From the IMG/VR virus record IMGVR_UViG_3300047476_000521, positions 1 through 64,000 of that record: DNA of 64,000 bases; one strand, written 5' to 3'. Position numbers and translations under genes: made by a program. Of this stretch, positions 45,701 to 54,957 are shown one piece after another (the first letter of the stretch is position 1; each line of letters starts with the position of its first letter). Source of the stretch: a virus. The notes beneath the pieces are model-generated. The model searched no databases, was not told where the DNA came from, and saw only the letters and a program-made list of their open reading frames with translations.

Positions 45701-46076
45701 TCAGGATTATTCGTATGAAATTAAAACTGCTATCAGCCTAGAAAATTATAAAGACATTTTCTATACTACATTCCATCCAGCTGGTACAGAACTATTTGGA
45801 AAATATGAGCTACAGCCATTTACTGTTGATAGCGATATTGTTCTAGAGTTTGATACTTTTGCAAACACTTCTTGGCCTTTGTGGCTTACCTGCGACATTG
45901 CTGACTCCAGAATCAGATGCGATACTTACTACGACGAGCTTCCAGATGGTAGGTTGTTAACTACCATCCTAACCGTTGATAGATTCAGTTTCGCCAATAA
46001 TTATTTTGGATGTGATATAAATACAACAAAAGTAGATACAAGGCTTATTACTTGTGACAAAACAGCAGAAGATTGA
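42747..46076 (+). CDS. 7: baseplate wedge initiator gp7-like with internal repeat domains
   Basis: QFP.F, F.KAYYEWLE, SDGKW, IQDSYYYQDYSY, HPAG..LFG. Confidence 0.8.
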   Translation: MDFNIEKTISNFIENQFPQFYKEEGQNFIQFVKAYYEWLEEDSSTNGYGGSIKESRKLFDYRDIDTTVERFLEYFQKKYLYGIPFNVIINKRFLLKHILDVYRSKTTIQGYKLLFRLIYNEDVDIYIPGKDVLRISDGKWVSPRYLEVTYTENLESLIDKTVIGVSSKTTATVEKVVRERVNKDIVYLAYITSVAPKGGDFDVGERIVDYRYRNDSETISKSPVIVGSLDTLDVFNSGNSFNVGDILKIAYKDPDTNEIDSFGIEGLVIVKSLFRGYGSLNFNIVNGGFGFLANSAIFIYKNILDQTGQGASFNIKLADTRQLSFNTDWIQDFIDLRLDEASFGFLGNPTANLSSTIGDVLQYDSGVFGRIAALTNVLAGNAYIAPANVFIRSTFNSKNLPGKLWYYNTNTFINTYSSGVYVNTTYVDSTNNAILIPNAIKHYDLNAYVDYVVPAGNVAITGLTANSRYYVKTTNSTGITLSSTPGGSTVDIGTVPSTNTTQRHFFNTKALTKSFFANNTSVNNSSYSILVTDADTYFAANDYVYYLVPAGNTGINGIESNTFYYVETVNSTALTLSDTVGGLNPLAISTDVYIAGETHYLLNDTTRAQTPYVNASLEEVFSNSTSVNNAAYSFMIANADLIFSADQRIFYDVPVGNTAISNLVANSVYYVKTVNSSALTLSNTSGGATIQIYASGSLNETHLLKGSKFSKYFAVNDLMYLQANSSDANTMELAVIRDIISDTSVQLYGFTNNTSTNSMVYGRAVVIMPAQFANSEVTSRNRTTGQLDQFSLLSYDNDPSNYGPYASIMRRLDDTINGINDNILALNSSGNNIVERVSAISSGIGYVEGESVHAYRYGILNVPTIVNGGRGYSNGDTLIFTGGYTNSPARGSIVTNSSGNVVSVNTMTGAWYGGSGYNDVPSITVRSSNVLATGAVLTTSYIPFDTANEIRGLVRKSGIGRDIGYWANEDGLLDSEKKIQDSYYYQDYSYEIKTAISLENYKDIFYTTFHPAGTELFGKYELQPFTVDSDIVLEFDTFANTSWPLWLTCDIADSRIRCDTYYDELPDGRLLTTILTVDRFSFANNYFGCDINTTKVDTRLITCDKTAED

Positions 46077-46088
46077 TAGGGGGATAAA

Positions 46089-46673
46089 TTGGCAATAGAA
46101 ACAGCTAACATTGGCGTAAATCCAAATGATGGACTAGGCACTCCTTTGAGAGATGCTGTTTATATGTTTAATCAGAATTTTATACAGCTTAGTACTAATG
46201 CTGTAGTGAACACCAGTATTCAGGTAGGAAATAACACATTAGGTAACGTTTACGTAAACACCTCAGTTATTTTCGTTCAAAATAATGCTGGTTCGGTCAG
46301 AGTTGGTAATAACTCAACAAACGTTGTAGCAAACAGTTCTGGGTTCCATACAGCTGGATTGGTCAATACTGGTAATCTAACAGTTACCGGAAACAACATA
46401 ACTCTAGGTTCATCAACAACTACAGCTAATGGCTATATTTGGCTTCCAAACGGAATGAAAATGAACTGGGGTTGGATTTTTGCTAATTCTTCTGTAGGTA
46501 ATGCTACATTTTCTTCAGCTTTTGCTACGGCTTGTTATGTTGTAACAGCTACAGCCAATGCTTCTGATATAACATATAATGCAGGTGTTATAAGCATGAA
46601 CACTACTGTAGCAGCTATCAGAACCGCCAATGTAACCGCTACTAATGTGTATTACATCGCACTAGGAAAGTAA
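46089..46673 (+). CDS. small baseplate/fibre protein (gp9/10-like N-terminus)
   Basis: NIG..PNDG.GTPLRDA...N.NF; C-terminal GYIWLPNG...WG. Confidence 0.65.
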   Translation: MAIETANIGVNPNDGLGTPLRDAVYMFNQNFIQLSTNAVVNTSIQVGNNTLGNVYVNTSVIFVQNNAGSVRVGNNSTNVVANSSGFHTAGLVNTGNLTVTGNNITLGSSTTTANGYIWLPNGMKMNWGWIFANSSVGNATFSSAFATACYVVTATANASDITYNAGVISMNTTVAAIRTANVTATNVYYIALGK

Positions 46674-46683
46674 GGCATAAATT

Positions 46684-48219
46684 ATGGCTGGAGTTCTATT
46701 ACCTGCATATAAAAAAGCTCTCATAGACGAATTGTTTGATAATATCAGATCAAACACTTCTTTTTATTATGCTTTTGCTGCCAACCCTGTACCATATTCA
46801 GGTTTAACTCCTAACACGAGTTTGGACGATTACAGCGCTAAATTTGAAAACGATTGGTTGATGTTATTCGGTAAAAGGTTATCTACTGCTAATTTTGCGC
46901 CTTTGATCCAGAATAATCTTTGGGTTTCAAATACAGTTTATCTAAGATACGATAATAGCGACTCTGACCTATATTCCAACAATATGTATTATGCCATTTC
47001 TTCGCCCCAATACGACGGCGGAACATATAATATTTACAAATGTTTGGATAACGCCAACGGAGCTCCATCAACTGTAAAACCAACAGAAGTCCAATCAACT
47101 TCGTTCTATACCTCTGATGGTTATTTGTGGAGATATATTACTTCTATTCCTTATCGACTTTATAAGATGTTTTCCACAAACGATTATGCTCCACTGTATG
47201 CTAATACGATTACTTCTATCTACGCCAATCAATACAGCGGCGTAGAAAAAGTAGTTATCGTAGACGCAGGAACAGGTTATTCTGCATATCATGATGGAAC
47301 TATTTTGTCAGCTAACAGCACAGTTTTACAGATTGGTAACGATGCTAGTATTCAGTCTGGATATTATACTGACAGTGCAATCTATATTTACAACGTTACA
47401 GCAACAACATCTCAGATTTTCAGAGTCTCGGATTACGTAGCCAACAGCGTTGGTAAATGGATCTATATTGACGGCGAAGCAAACACTACAAACATTCTAC
47501 CAGAAGCTACTCAATATCATATTTCACCAAGAGTTCAGTTTATAACTGATGGTGGTACTAAACCAGTAGCTTATACTAACATAAATCCATACAACAACTC
47601 AATTGCAGATGTTGTTATGTTGGATATCGGAGCAGATATTTCTTGGGCTAATACTACAATTCATGCTCTTGTTGGTTCTTCTGCGAACGTTTATTCTATT
47701 GTTCCTCCACCAGGCGGTCATGGCGCCGACGTTCTTTCAGAACTAAATGTAAAGGCTATTGGCGTTAATTTCCATTTTGCTAATACAGAAGGCGGAACAA
47801 TTCCAACTAGACCTCAATACAATAAAATTGGATTGTTAAAGAATCCATATGGTTTGCATGCCAATGGAGCAAAAAGCAATACTCAATACACATCAAACAC
47901 CTTTAGTCAAATTTTAGAAGCAGACCTATCAAGCCCGGTTCAGTTTCAGCTAGGCGATAGAGTATATGGTAACACCAGTAACGCATTTGGAGTTGTGGCT
48001 TTTGCTAATACTACTAAACTGTATCTAACAGGCGATAAGACTTTTGCTAATGGTGAATATGTATTCTCGAGTAATGGCGTTTTGAATTCTGAAATGACCA
48101 TAACAACTAAGGGCGACATATATGCCAAGGATATATCTCCCCTTTACGTTCAGAATATAAATAATGTTAATAGATCTAACAATCAAACAGAATCTTTCAA
48201 ACTGATCATTCATATCTAA
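46684..48219 (+). CDS. 8: baseplate wedge subunit gp8-like
   Basis: YKCLDN.NGA.ST.KP, DGYLWRY, PPGGHG, IGLLKNP, RS.NQTE..KLII. Confidence 0.85.
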   Translation: MAGVLLPAYKKALIDELFDNIRSNTSFYYAFAANPVPYSGLTPNTSLDDYSAKFENDWLMLFGKRLSTANFAPLIQNNLWVSNTVYLRYDNSDSDLYSNNMYYAISSPQYDGGTYNIYKCLDNANGAPSTVKPTEVQSTSFYTSDGYLWRYITSIPYRLYKMFSTNDYAPLYANTITSIYANQYSGVEKVVIVDAGTGYSAYHDGTILSANSTVLQIGNDASIQSGYYTDSAIYIYNVTATTSQIFRVSDYVANSVGKWIYIDGEANTTNILPEATQYHISPRVQFITDGGTKPVAYTNINPYNNSIADVVMLDIGADISWANTTIHALVGSSANVYSIVPPPGGHGADVLSELNVKAIGVNFHFANTEGGTIPTRPQYNKIGLLKNPYGLHANGAKSNTQYTSNTFSQILEADLSSPVQFQLGDRVYGNTSNAFGVVAFANTTKLYLTGDKTFANGEYVFSSNGVLNSEMTITTKGDIYAKDISPLYVQNINNVNRSNNQTESFKLIIHI

Positions 48220-48232
48220 TAGGTATCAAATA

Positions 48233-51200
48233 ATGGCTCTAAAAACAGATTTCAATGTCGCACCTTATTTTGACGATTATGATGAGTTCAAAGATTATTA
48301 TCGTGTTCTTTTTAGACCAGGAACAGCGGTACAGGCTAGAGAACTAACTCAGCTTCAGACAATTTTACAGAAACAGATCGAAAGATTCGGTAGCTGGGCT
48401 TTCAATAACGGCGATATTGTATATGGCTGTCAGATTTTTGACATGCCATCTGTTGGTTATGTTCGTTTGATGGATTTTGCTTCAAACGGTTCTGCCAATT
48501 CAGCCACTTTAGACGTAAGAGATTATGTCAACGCTGTTGCAATCAGTCACACTAGTAACCTAAGAGCTCAGGTTCTTTACGCCAATGCAGGATTCAGCAC
48601 CAATTATCCTGATACTAATATTCTATATCTAAAATATATCAACACTGGTGATGGTGGGGAATCTGTATTTTCCAATAATGAACTACTGAAATTCGTTCAA
48701 GTCACTCCTCTTGGTAACGTTGCTTTGGCTAATGTTTACAGTTGGGCCAACGTTTTCGCTAATACAGTTACTACTGGCAATGCGCACGGAATAGTTGTTT
48801 CAGAAGGCGTTGTGTTTATTGCTGGAGAATTCGTAAGAGTTGCTAATTCAACTTTTGGTTTGGTTAACAATTTCGGAACATATGCTGGTAATAACGTTGT
48901 AGGTTTCGATCTCATCGAAGAAATTATAACTGAAAACCAAGATGAAACTCTAGTTGATAACGCTCTTGGATATCCAAACGAAAATGCTCCTGGAGCGCAC
49001 AGACTAAAACTTACTCCATATATTGTATCCCTTACCCCTGAAGAAGCTTCTCTGAGAGAGAAGTTCAATCCTATTGGAACTTATAATTACGGATACCTTA
49101 TTTCTAAGGCTCAGCCTTCTACTAATCTTTATTCTATTATTGGCGATGTTGTTTCTAAGAGAACTTATGAAGAATCTGGAAATTACGTAGTAAATCCATT
49201 CATTGTAGACACTATAACTACAACTCCAGGAAACGATGTTGCAGCTGCAAACTCAAGCAGCGTTTTGGGACGTATTAGTTCTGGCGTTGGTTACGCTCAA
49301 GGAAACAGAGTTGAGTTATTAAAAACCAGCTATATCAACATGCGCCGTGGTGTTGATACACAAACTAACCGTTCTCAGGAAATTTATTTCAATTATGGTA
49401 ACTATTTCCTTGTTAACGAGTTTTCAGGCACATTTTTGAACGATGCAGTTCAAACTGTAAAATTATACAACACTGCCCAGAGATCAGTTTCTAGCAGAAC
49501 TTATGCCACAACATCTCCAACAGGAACTTTGATTGGTACTGCCAAAATGCGTTGTATCACATACGCATCTGGAGTTCCTGGATCTTCAACAGCACAATAT
49601 TATGTTCACGTTTTTGATATTTCTTTGACATCTGGATATTCTCCAAGTCAAGTAAAAGCTTTGTATTTTGATGGTACTAATAAAGGTTTTGCTGACGTTG
49701 TGTCTGCTGGCGTTCTTGGAGCAGATAATAAAGATCAGCTTTACAGCTTTGGTGTTACTGGTGTTAAAAACCTAAGAGATCAAAACAATAATATCAATAC
49801 AGATTATTATTACAGAACTTCTAATACTTCTGCTACAATGATAACTACTGGTGATATTGTTGTTAGACTTGCTTGTTCTCAGCCAGGTGGAACAGATATT
49901 CTTCCTTACGTTGGTGGTACAACTCTTATTGATACTGACGCTGCTGATATTATCATTACAGCTAAAGCAGACGTAGATTCGAATGCTTTGACAGGTACAG
50001 TAAACGTAACATCTACTTCTACAATTGTTAGAGGAAACAGTACTACATTCCTTAGCGATTTTACTCCTGGCGATATTGTAAAGATCGACGGAGCTAAGAG
50101 AATTGTTACTTCTGTTGCTAACAATATCTACATGACTGTAGACGGTAATCTAGCATACACAAACAATACAACTGCTTATCGTAAAAACTACGCTAACGGT
50201 AAAATCATTCCTTCTACAAGAGGTTTGTCTGGTCCTAACACTTATGTAACTATTGATGATTCTACAACTTTGACAATTCATTCTGGTCAGTTTCCAAATA
50301 CTTCAGTACCAGTAGATGTTTCTTATATCGTAAAAAGAACAGTTACAACGCCAGCCAAGAAGCTTATAAAGAAGAGAAGATTCGTTAAGATCAACACTGC
50401 TTCGAATATTAAAGGTCCATGGTGTTTAGGTTTCAGCGATGTTCATAAGATTAACAGAATTTATGGAACAGCTAATGGCGTTTACACAGTAGCTGGCGCA
50501 GACCTGACTTCTGACTTTATTTTTGATACAGGACAAAAAGATACTCACTATAGTCTAGCATATCTTTATGCAAAGAGCAGTTATTCTGCGGCTTCTTATC
50601 CAAACCTATTAATTGACCTTGACTATTTCGCAGTAGATACAACAACAGGTATGGGATTCTTTACAGTAGAATCTTATCCAATCGATGACGCTAATACTGC
50701 TAATACTAATGCTATTCAGACCAAAGATATTACTTTGTATGTTAATGAGAGCGGAGCAAAACTTCCTCTAAGAGATCATGTGGATTTCAGAACTCCATGT
50801 ATTAATACCGCTAATGATTGCGGCGTTTACGATACATCAAATGGAGCTCAAATAAACACTGCTATTAGTTATTCTACTCTGAATCCATCAGCAACAGTTA
50901 ACTTCAGCGTTCCAGCTGCAGGTATAAATTTCCCTGCATACGGAAAGAGCCTAGAAGCAGATTATACTTTCTACCTAGGTAGAAAAGACCTTATTATGAT
51001 CACTCCTGATAATATTGTGAAGGTCAAAGAAGGTGTATCTAGCTTAAACCCTCAATCGCCATTGTATCCAGAAAACGCTATGGCATTGTCTGTCTTAAAC
51101 ATTCCGCCTTATCCTTCTCTTTCTACAGATCAGGTAGACGAGTTTTTAACTATAAATCAATCTGCAACTAGCTTAATTAGAGACGCTAATCTAGCTATTT

Positions 51201-51982
51201 CTTGTATCTCAGTTTCTAACAGAAGATACACTATGAGAGATATTGGAACTATCGATCAGAGAGTTTCAAACCTTGAATACTACACTCAGCTTTCTCTTCT
51301 AGAGAAAAAGGCAAAAGACCTTACAATTACAGATCAAAACGGTCTAGACAGATTTAAAAACGGTATTTTCGTTGATCCGTTTTCTAGTTTTGCTTTGGCT
51401 GATACTTCTAACCAAGAATTTAATATAGCCATCGATCAAGATAAAGGTCACGGAAGACCTAAAATTATCAGAGAAGTTATAAACATTGCGTTTTCTCCAA
51501 CAGCCTCTTCGAATGTTGTTAAAACTGGAAGACTTATAACTCTTAATTATGCTGAAGTTCCTTTCGTAACACAGCAGTATGCTACTAAATATAGATCTTC
51601 GGCTTTGGTTGCTGCTTCTTGGAACGGTTTCGTAACATTGATACCTTCTTACGATAATAACATCAATCAGAAAAACACTGGTTCAGCTGATATCTTCATA
51701 GATCTCGCTGCTCCTTGGAAAGATTTTGCTGCTAGTCCATTGGCTTATAGTTGGGGCGATTGGAGAACATCAGTAAACACTGAAGTATCATCAGTAACCA
51801 CAGGCGAAGTTCGTAATATTACAAGAGATTGGCGAGGAAACCTAGTTAGCGATCAGCCTGTTAACCCTGCGCCAGTGCCTGCTGCAACAGCAGCTGCTGG
51901 AGGTCTACCTCTTATATTTGTGCCTTGGGTTGGATTTGTTCCTGCCAGCCTAAATCTCAATGATTTGTTCAGAGGTTCATAA
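48233..51982 (+). CDS. large virion structural protein, VrlC/DUF4815-like N-terminal part
   Basis: PYFDDY...VLFRPG.AVQARELTQLQ, APGAHR, RTYEESGNY, YTMRDIG, RFKNGIFVD. Confidence 0.85.
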   Translation: MALKTDFNVAPYFDDYDEFKDYYRVLFRPGTAVQARELTQLQTILQKQIERFGSWAFNNGDIVYGCQIFDMPSVGYVRLMDFASNGSANSATLDVRDYVNAVAISHTSNLRAQVLYANAGFSTNYPDTNILYLKYINTGDGGESVFSNNELLKFVQVTPLGNVALANVYSWANVFANTVTTGNAHGIVVSEGVVFIAGEFVRVANSTFGLVNNFGTYAGNNVVGFDLIEEIITENQDETLVDNALGYPNENAPGAHRLKLTPYIVSLTPEEASLREKFNPIGTYNYGYLISKAQPSTNLYSIIGDVVSKRTYEESGNYVVNPFIVDTITTTPGNDVAAANSSSVLGRISSGVGYAQGNRVELLKTSYINMRRGVDTQTNRSQEIYFNYGNYFLVNEFSGTFLNDAVQTVKLYNTAQRSVSSRTYATTSPTGTLIGTAKMRCITYASGVPGSSTAQYYVHVFDISLTSGYSPSQVKALYFDGTNKGFADVVSAGVLGADNKDQLYSFGVTGVKNLRDQNNNINTDYYYRTSNTSATMITTGDIVVRLACSQPGGTDILPYVGGTTLIDTDAADIIITAKADVDSNALTGTVNVTSTSTIVRGNSTTFLSDFTPGDIVKIDGAKRIVTSVANNIYMTVDGNLAYTNNTTAYRKNYANGKIIPSTRGLSGPNTYVTIDDSTTLTIHSGQFPNTSVPVDVSYIVKRTVTTPAKKLIKKRRFVKINTASNIKGPWCLGFSDVHKINRIYGTANGVYTVAGADLTSDFIFDTGQKDTHYSLAYLYAKSSYSAASYPNLLIDLDYFAVDTTTGMGFFTVESYPIDDANTANTNAIQTKDITLYVNESGAKLPLRDHVDFRTPCINTANDCGVYDTSNGAQINTAISYSTLNPSATVNFSVPAAGINFPAYGKSLEADYTFYLGRKDLIMITPDNIVKVKEGVSSLNPQSPLYPENAMALSVLNIPPYPSLSTDQVDEFLTINQSATSLIRDANLAISCISVSNRRYTMRDIGTIDQRVSNLEYYTQLSLLEKKAKDLTITDQNGLDRFKNGIFVDPFSSFALADTSNQEFNIAIDQDKGHGRPKIIREVINIAFSPTASSNVVKTGRLITLNYAEVPFVTQQYATKYRSSALVAASWNGFVTLIPSYDNNINQKNTGSADIFIDLAAPWKDFAASPLAYSWGDWRTSVNTEVSSVTTGEVRNITRDWRGNLVSDQPVNPAPVPAATAAAGGLPLIFVPWVGFVPASLNLNDLFRGS

Positions 51983-52016
51983 ATAATATTTAAAATGATC
52001 GCATAGGAGAAATAAA

Positions 52017-54737
52017 TTGGCTCTTACTAATACGACTACAACAACAGTAACTACTACTAATACTCAAGATGGAACTAAATTAGTAGTTTCAACTAATGAG
52101 ACTAAAAAGACTATTGGTAATTACGTTACTGATGTTTCTATTCAGCCATACATTAAAAATAGAGTTGTTTCTTTTTATGCATATAATATGCGTCCAGGAA
52201 GAAGATTACACGTATTTTTTGATAGCGTAAACGTTGATGCATACTGCGCTCCTGGCGAAAGAATTGTCAGCGGAAATACTGCTATCAACAACACTTATCC
52301 AGTACCATCTGATACTAGTAACTTTGCTTCAGTTACAAGAAGCGGCGATTGGGGAACAGCTATTTACAGCGATCCTCAGGGTAGAGTTGCGGGTCAGTTT
52401 AATATTCCTGAATCTGTATTCAAAACAGGCGATAGAACTTTTCAGCTAGTTGACGTTGACTCTATTGCTCGAGGCAATGACGCTGTCACTACAGTTTCTT
52501 CTGCTACATTCACAGCATCTAATATGAATGTAACTAAGGAAAACCTTACTCTAACTACTGTTAATCCTGATCTAGGATTTCTTCCTGTATCTAACACTAT
52601 AGTTAACGTTGATACTACAGTAGAAGTTGTAGTAACTCCTGATAATATTACCACTCTTCCACCACCGCCTCCTCCGCCACCAATATTCTTCCCCGAGCCA
52701 GTTGCTCAGGCTTTGTCAATTAACACTCCTAATGGCGAAACTGGAATTTATGCAACTTCTATTGATGTTTTCTTTAAACAGAAAGCTTTGATTGCAGAAC
52801 ATGGCATAACTCTTTATCTTTGCGAAACTATCAACGGTTATCCTAATGGAAGAGCTGTACTTCCTTTTTCTAAGGTCCATAAAACATATTACGAAGTAAA
52901 CACCAGCGATGACGCAAGCGTTGCTACCAGATTTACTTTCGAATCTCCTGTATTCTTGACTAACAAACAGCTTTATGCTTTCGTTCTTAGACCTGATAAT
53001 AACGATCAGGACTATCAAGTTTGGACTGCTGAACTTGGCGACACTGACGTTAAAACTGGTTACCAAGTATTCAGTCAGCCAGTAATGGGAACTGCTTTTT
53101 ATGGAGCAACTGAACAGCAATGGACTGCTCTTCAGACTGAATATGTTAAGTTTACTTTGAACAGAGCTAGATTCAATTCACAAAGAGGTCAAGCAGTATT
53201 CTACAATACTAATACTGAGTTTATTCCTGTTACTGGATTGACATATTCAAACACTTCTGTTTCTATTCTGTCAGGCGATTATGTATTCGAATCTACAACA
53301 TCAAGTCCAACTACAGCCAATACTTCAGTAAGAGGCGTAATTGATTATTATGACGATTTAAATAATATTTTTCACTGCGAGAATTCTACCGGTAACTTTA
53401 CCGTCAACAGAATGGTTCAGGTTCATAGATTCAGTAATTCGACTATAACACCAAACACCTCAACTATTATAGCTTATGCTAATACATCATCTATGTATAA
53501 TCCTGGTATTAATGCGATCGTACCTCAGTTTGCGTATATTACTCCTCCTGGAACTTCGCTAGAATATTACTACAGAGGAACTTCTAATGCCTACGCAGTT
53601 GATACAGCAGAGTATAAAGTAACTTCTGGTTATGATTACGAGTTCTACGACAGAGAAAGAATTGTCGCGAGTAAGACAAACGAATTGAATAATATGTCTG
53701 GCAACAAATCTATGATGTTGAAGGGCGTAATGATTTCCGATAGTGAATTTTTATCACCAGCTATCGATACTGTTAGATACCAGCAGCTTGTTTTGAAAAA
53801 TGATATTGATCCTATAGCTTTTGAATATGACGAATTTTTCAATAATGGTGTTACTAAATCAAAATATATTTCTAGAGTCGTAACATTAGCTCCAGGCCAA
53901 GATGCTGAAGATTTACAAGTTATTCTCACAGCTTTCAGACCTATAGGTTCAGATATCGAAGTTTGGGTTAAATTCTTAAACGGCGAAGATGGCGAACCTA
54001 TAAATCAGAAAACATGGACTCCACTCTATAATCTAGGTCAGAATAATTATTCCGATCCAAGTAACCCATCAGATTTCAGAGAATACGCTTTTGCTGTTTC
54101 AAGTTATTATAGACCTCTTCAGCTTGAAGGAACTGTAACAGTTTCAGGAACCACAGTCACTGGAGTAAATACTAAATTCCTTACTGAATTGAGCCCAGGT
54201 TGGTTCGTATCGTTCATACCTCCTGCAACAGCAGGTTTCAGAGAACAACAGAGAAGAATTGTAAGTATAGCAAGCAACACTTCTTTGACAGTAGCTTCTA
54301 ATTTTATTGGAACATATACTACTGCAACTACAATGTATTTGGCTCCACCTTCTACTGTCGCTTGGTCAGGAAAAGCTGATACTACTGCTCTTACTGGTAC
54401 AGTAACAACTAGCACTACTAACAACAGTATTATCGGAAGTTCTACTCTATTTACTACTGAGTTGGCCGCTGGTTCTATTATTAGTATCGCTGGCGATCAA
54501 CAAACTGTAGTTTCAATATCTAATTCTACTTTCTTGACAGTAGGAACTCCATGGTCTTCAGCTGTTTCTGGAGCAAACGCTTCAGTCGTGGTAAACCCTG
54601 GACTAAGTTATTATAATTCTTCTAGAAGTTTGTTTACTTCTTTCAGGCAGTTCCAAATTAAGATTATCCTAAGATCTAACGATAGTTCTAAAGTTCCGAT
54701 TATCGACGATCTTAGAGCTCTAGCGATGCAGTTGTAA
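52017..54737 (+). CDS. large virion structural protein, VrlC-like C-terminal part
   Basis: AGGAG SD plus TTG start; P.AQ, T.IDVFF, FTFESPVFL, KYISR.VTL, FQIKIILRS...P...DLRA.A. Confidence 0.8.
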   Translation: MALTNTTTTTVTTTNTQDGTKLVVSTNETKKTIGNYVTDVSIQPYIKNRVVSFYAYNMRPGRRLHVFFDSVNVDAYCAPGERIVSGNTAINNTYPVPSDTSNFASVTRSGDWGTAIYSDPQGRVAGQFNIPESVFKTGDRTFQLVDVDSIARGNDAVTTVSSATFTASNMNVTKENLTLTTVNPDLGFLPVSNTIVNVDTTVEVVVTPDNITTLPPPPPPPPIFFPEPVAQALSINTPNGETGIYATSIDVFFKQKALIAEHGITLYLCETINGYPNGRAVLPFSKVHKTYYEVNTSDDASVATRFTFESPVFLTNKQLYAFVLRPDNNDQDYQVWTAELGDTDVKTGYQVFSQPVMGTAFYGATEQQWTALQTEYVKFTLNRARFNSQRGQAVFYNTNTEFIPVTGLTYSNTSVSILSGDYVFESTTSSPTTANTSVRGVIDYYDDLNNIFHCENSTGNFTVNRMVQVHRFSNSTITPNTSTIIAYANTSSMYNPGINAIVPQFAYITPPGTSLEYYYRGTSNAYAVDTAEYKVTSGYDYEFYDRERIVASKTNELNNMSGNKSMMLKGVMISDSEFLSPAIDTVRYQQLVLKNDIDPIAFEYDEFFNNGVTKSKYISRVVTLAPGQDAEDLQVILTAFRPIGSDIEVWVKFLNGEDGEPINQKTWTPLYNLGQNNYSDPSNPSDFREYAFAVSSYYRPLQLEGTVTVSGTTVTGVNTKFLTELSPGWFVSFIPPATAGFREQQRRIVSIASNTSLTVASNFIGTYTTATTMYLAPPSTVAWSGKADTTALTGTVTTSTTNNSIIGSSTLFTTELAAGSIISIAGDQQTVVSISNSTFLTVGTPWSSAVSGANASVVVNPGLSYYNSSRSLFTSFRQFQIKIILRSNDSSKVPIIDDLRALAMQL

Positions 54738-54738
54738 A

Positions 54739-54954
54739 ATGAATAATAAATACTATAAAACGGATTTCGAAGGCTTAGTAAAAGACCCTGATAGTGGAGC
54801 CGTTCTCAACGTAGATAATGTTAAATTAGAAGCTTATAAAAAGCATAAACTGGCTCTTGAAGCCAGTTCTAAAAACGTTGAAAGAATTAATAAAGTTGAG
54901 AATGATATAAAAGAGATCAAAGAAATGCTCAGCCAATTAATAAAGAGAAACTAA
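54739..54954 (+). CDS. small T4-like virion-module protein
   Basis: LVKD..SGAVLN.D...EIKEML..L. Confidence 0.75.
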   Translation: MNNKYYKTDFEGLVKDPDSGAVLNVDNVKLEAYKKHKLALEASSKNVERINKVENDIKEIKEMLSQLIKRN

Positions 54955-54957
54955 TAA

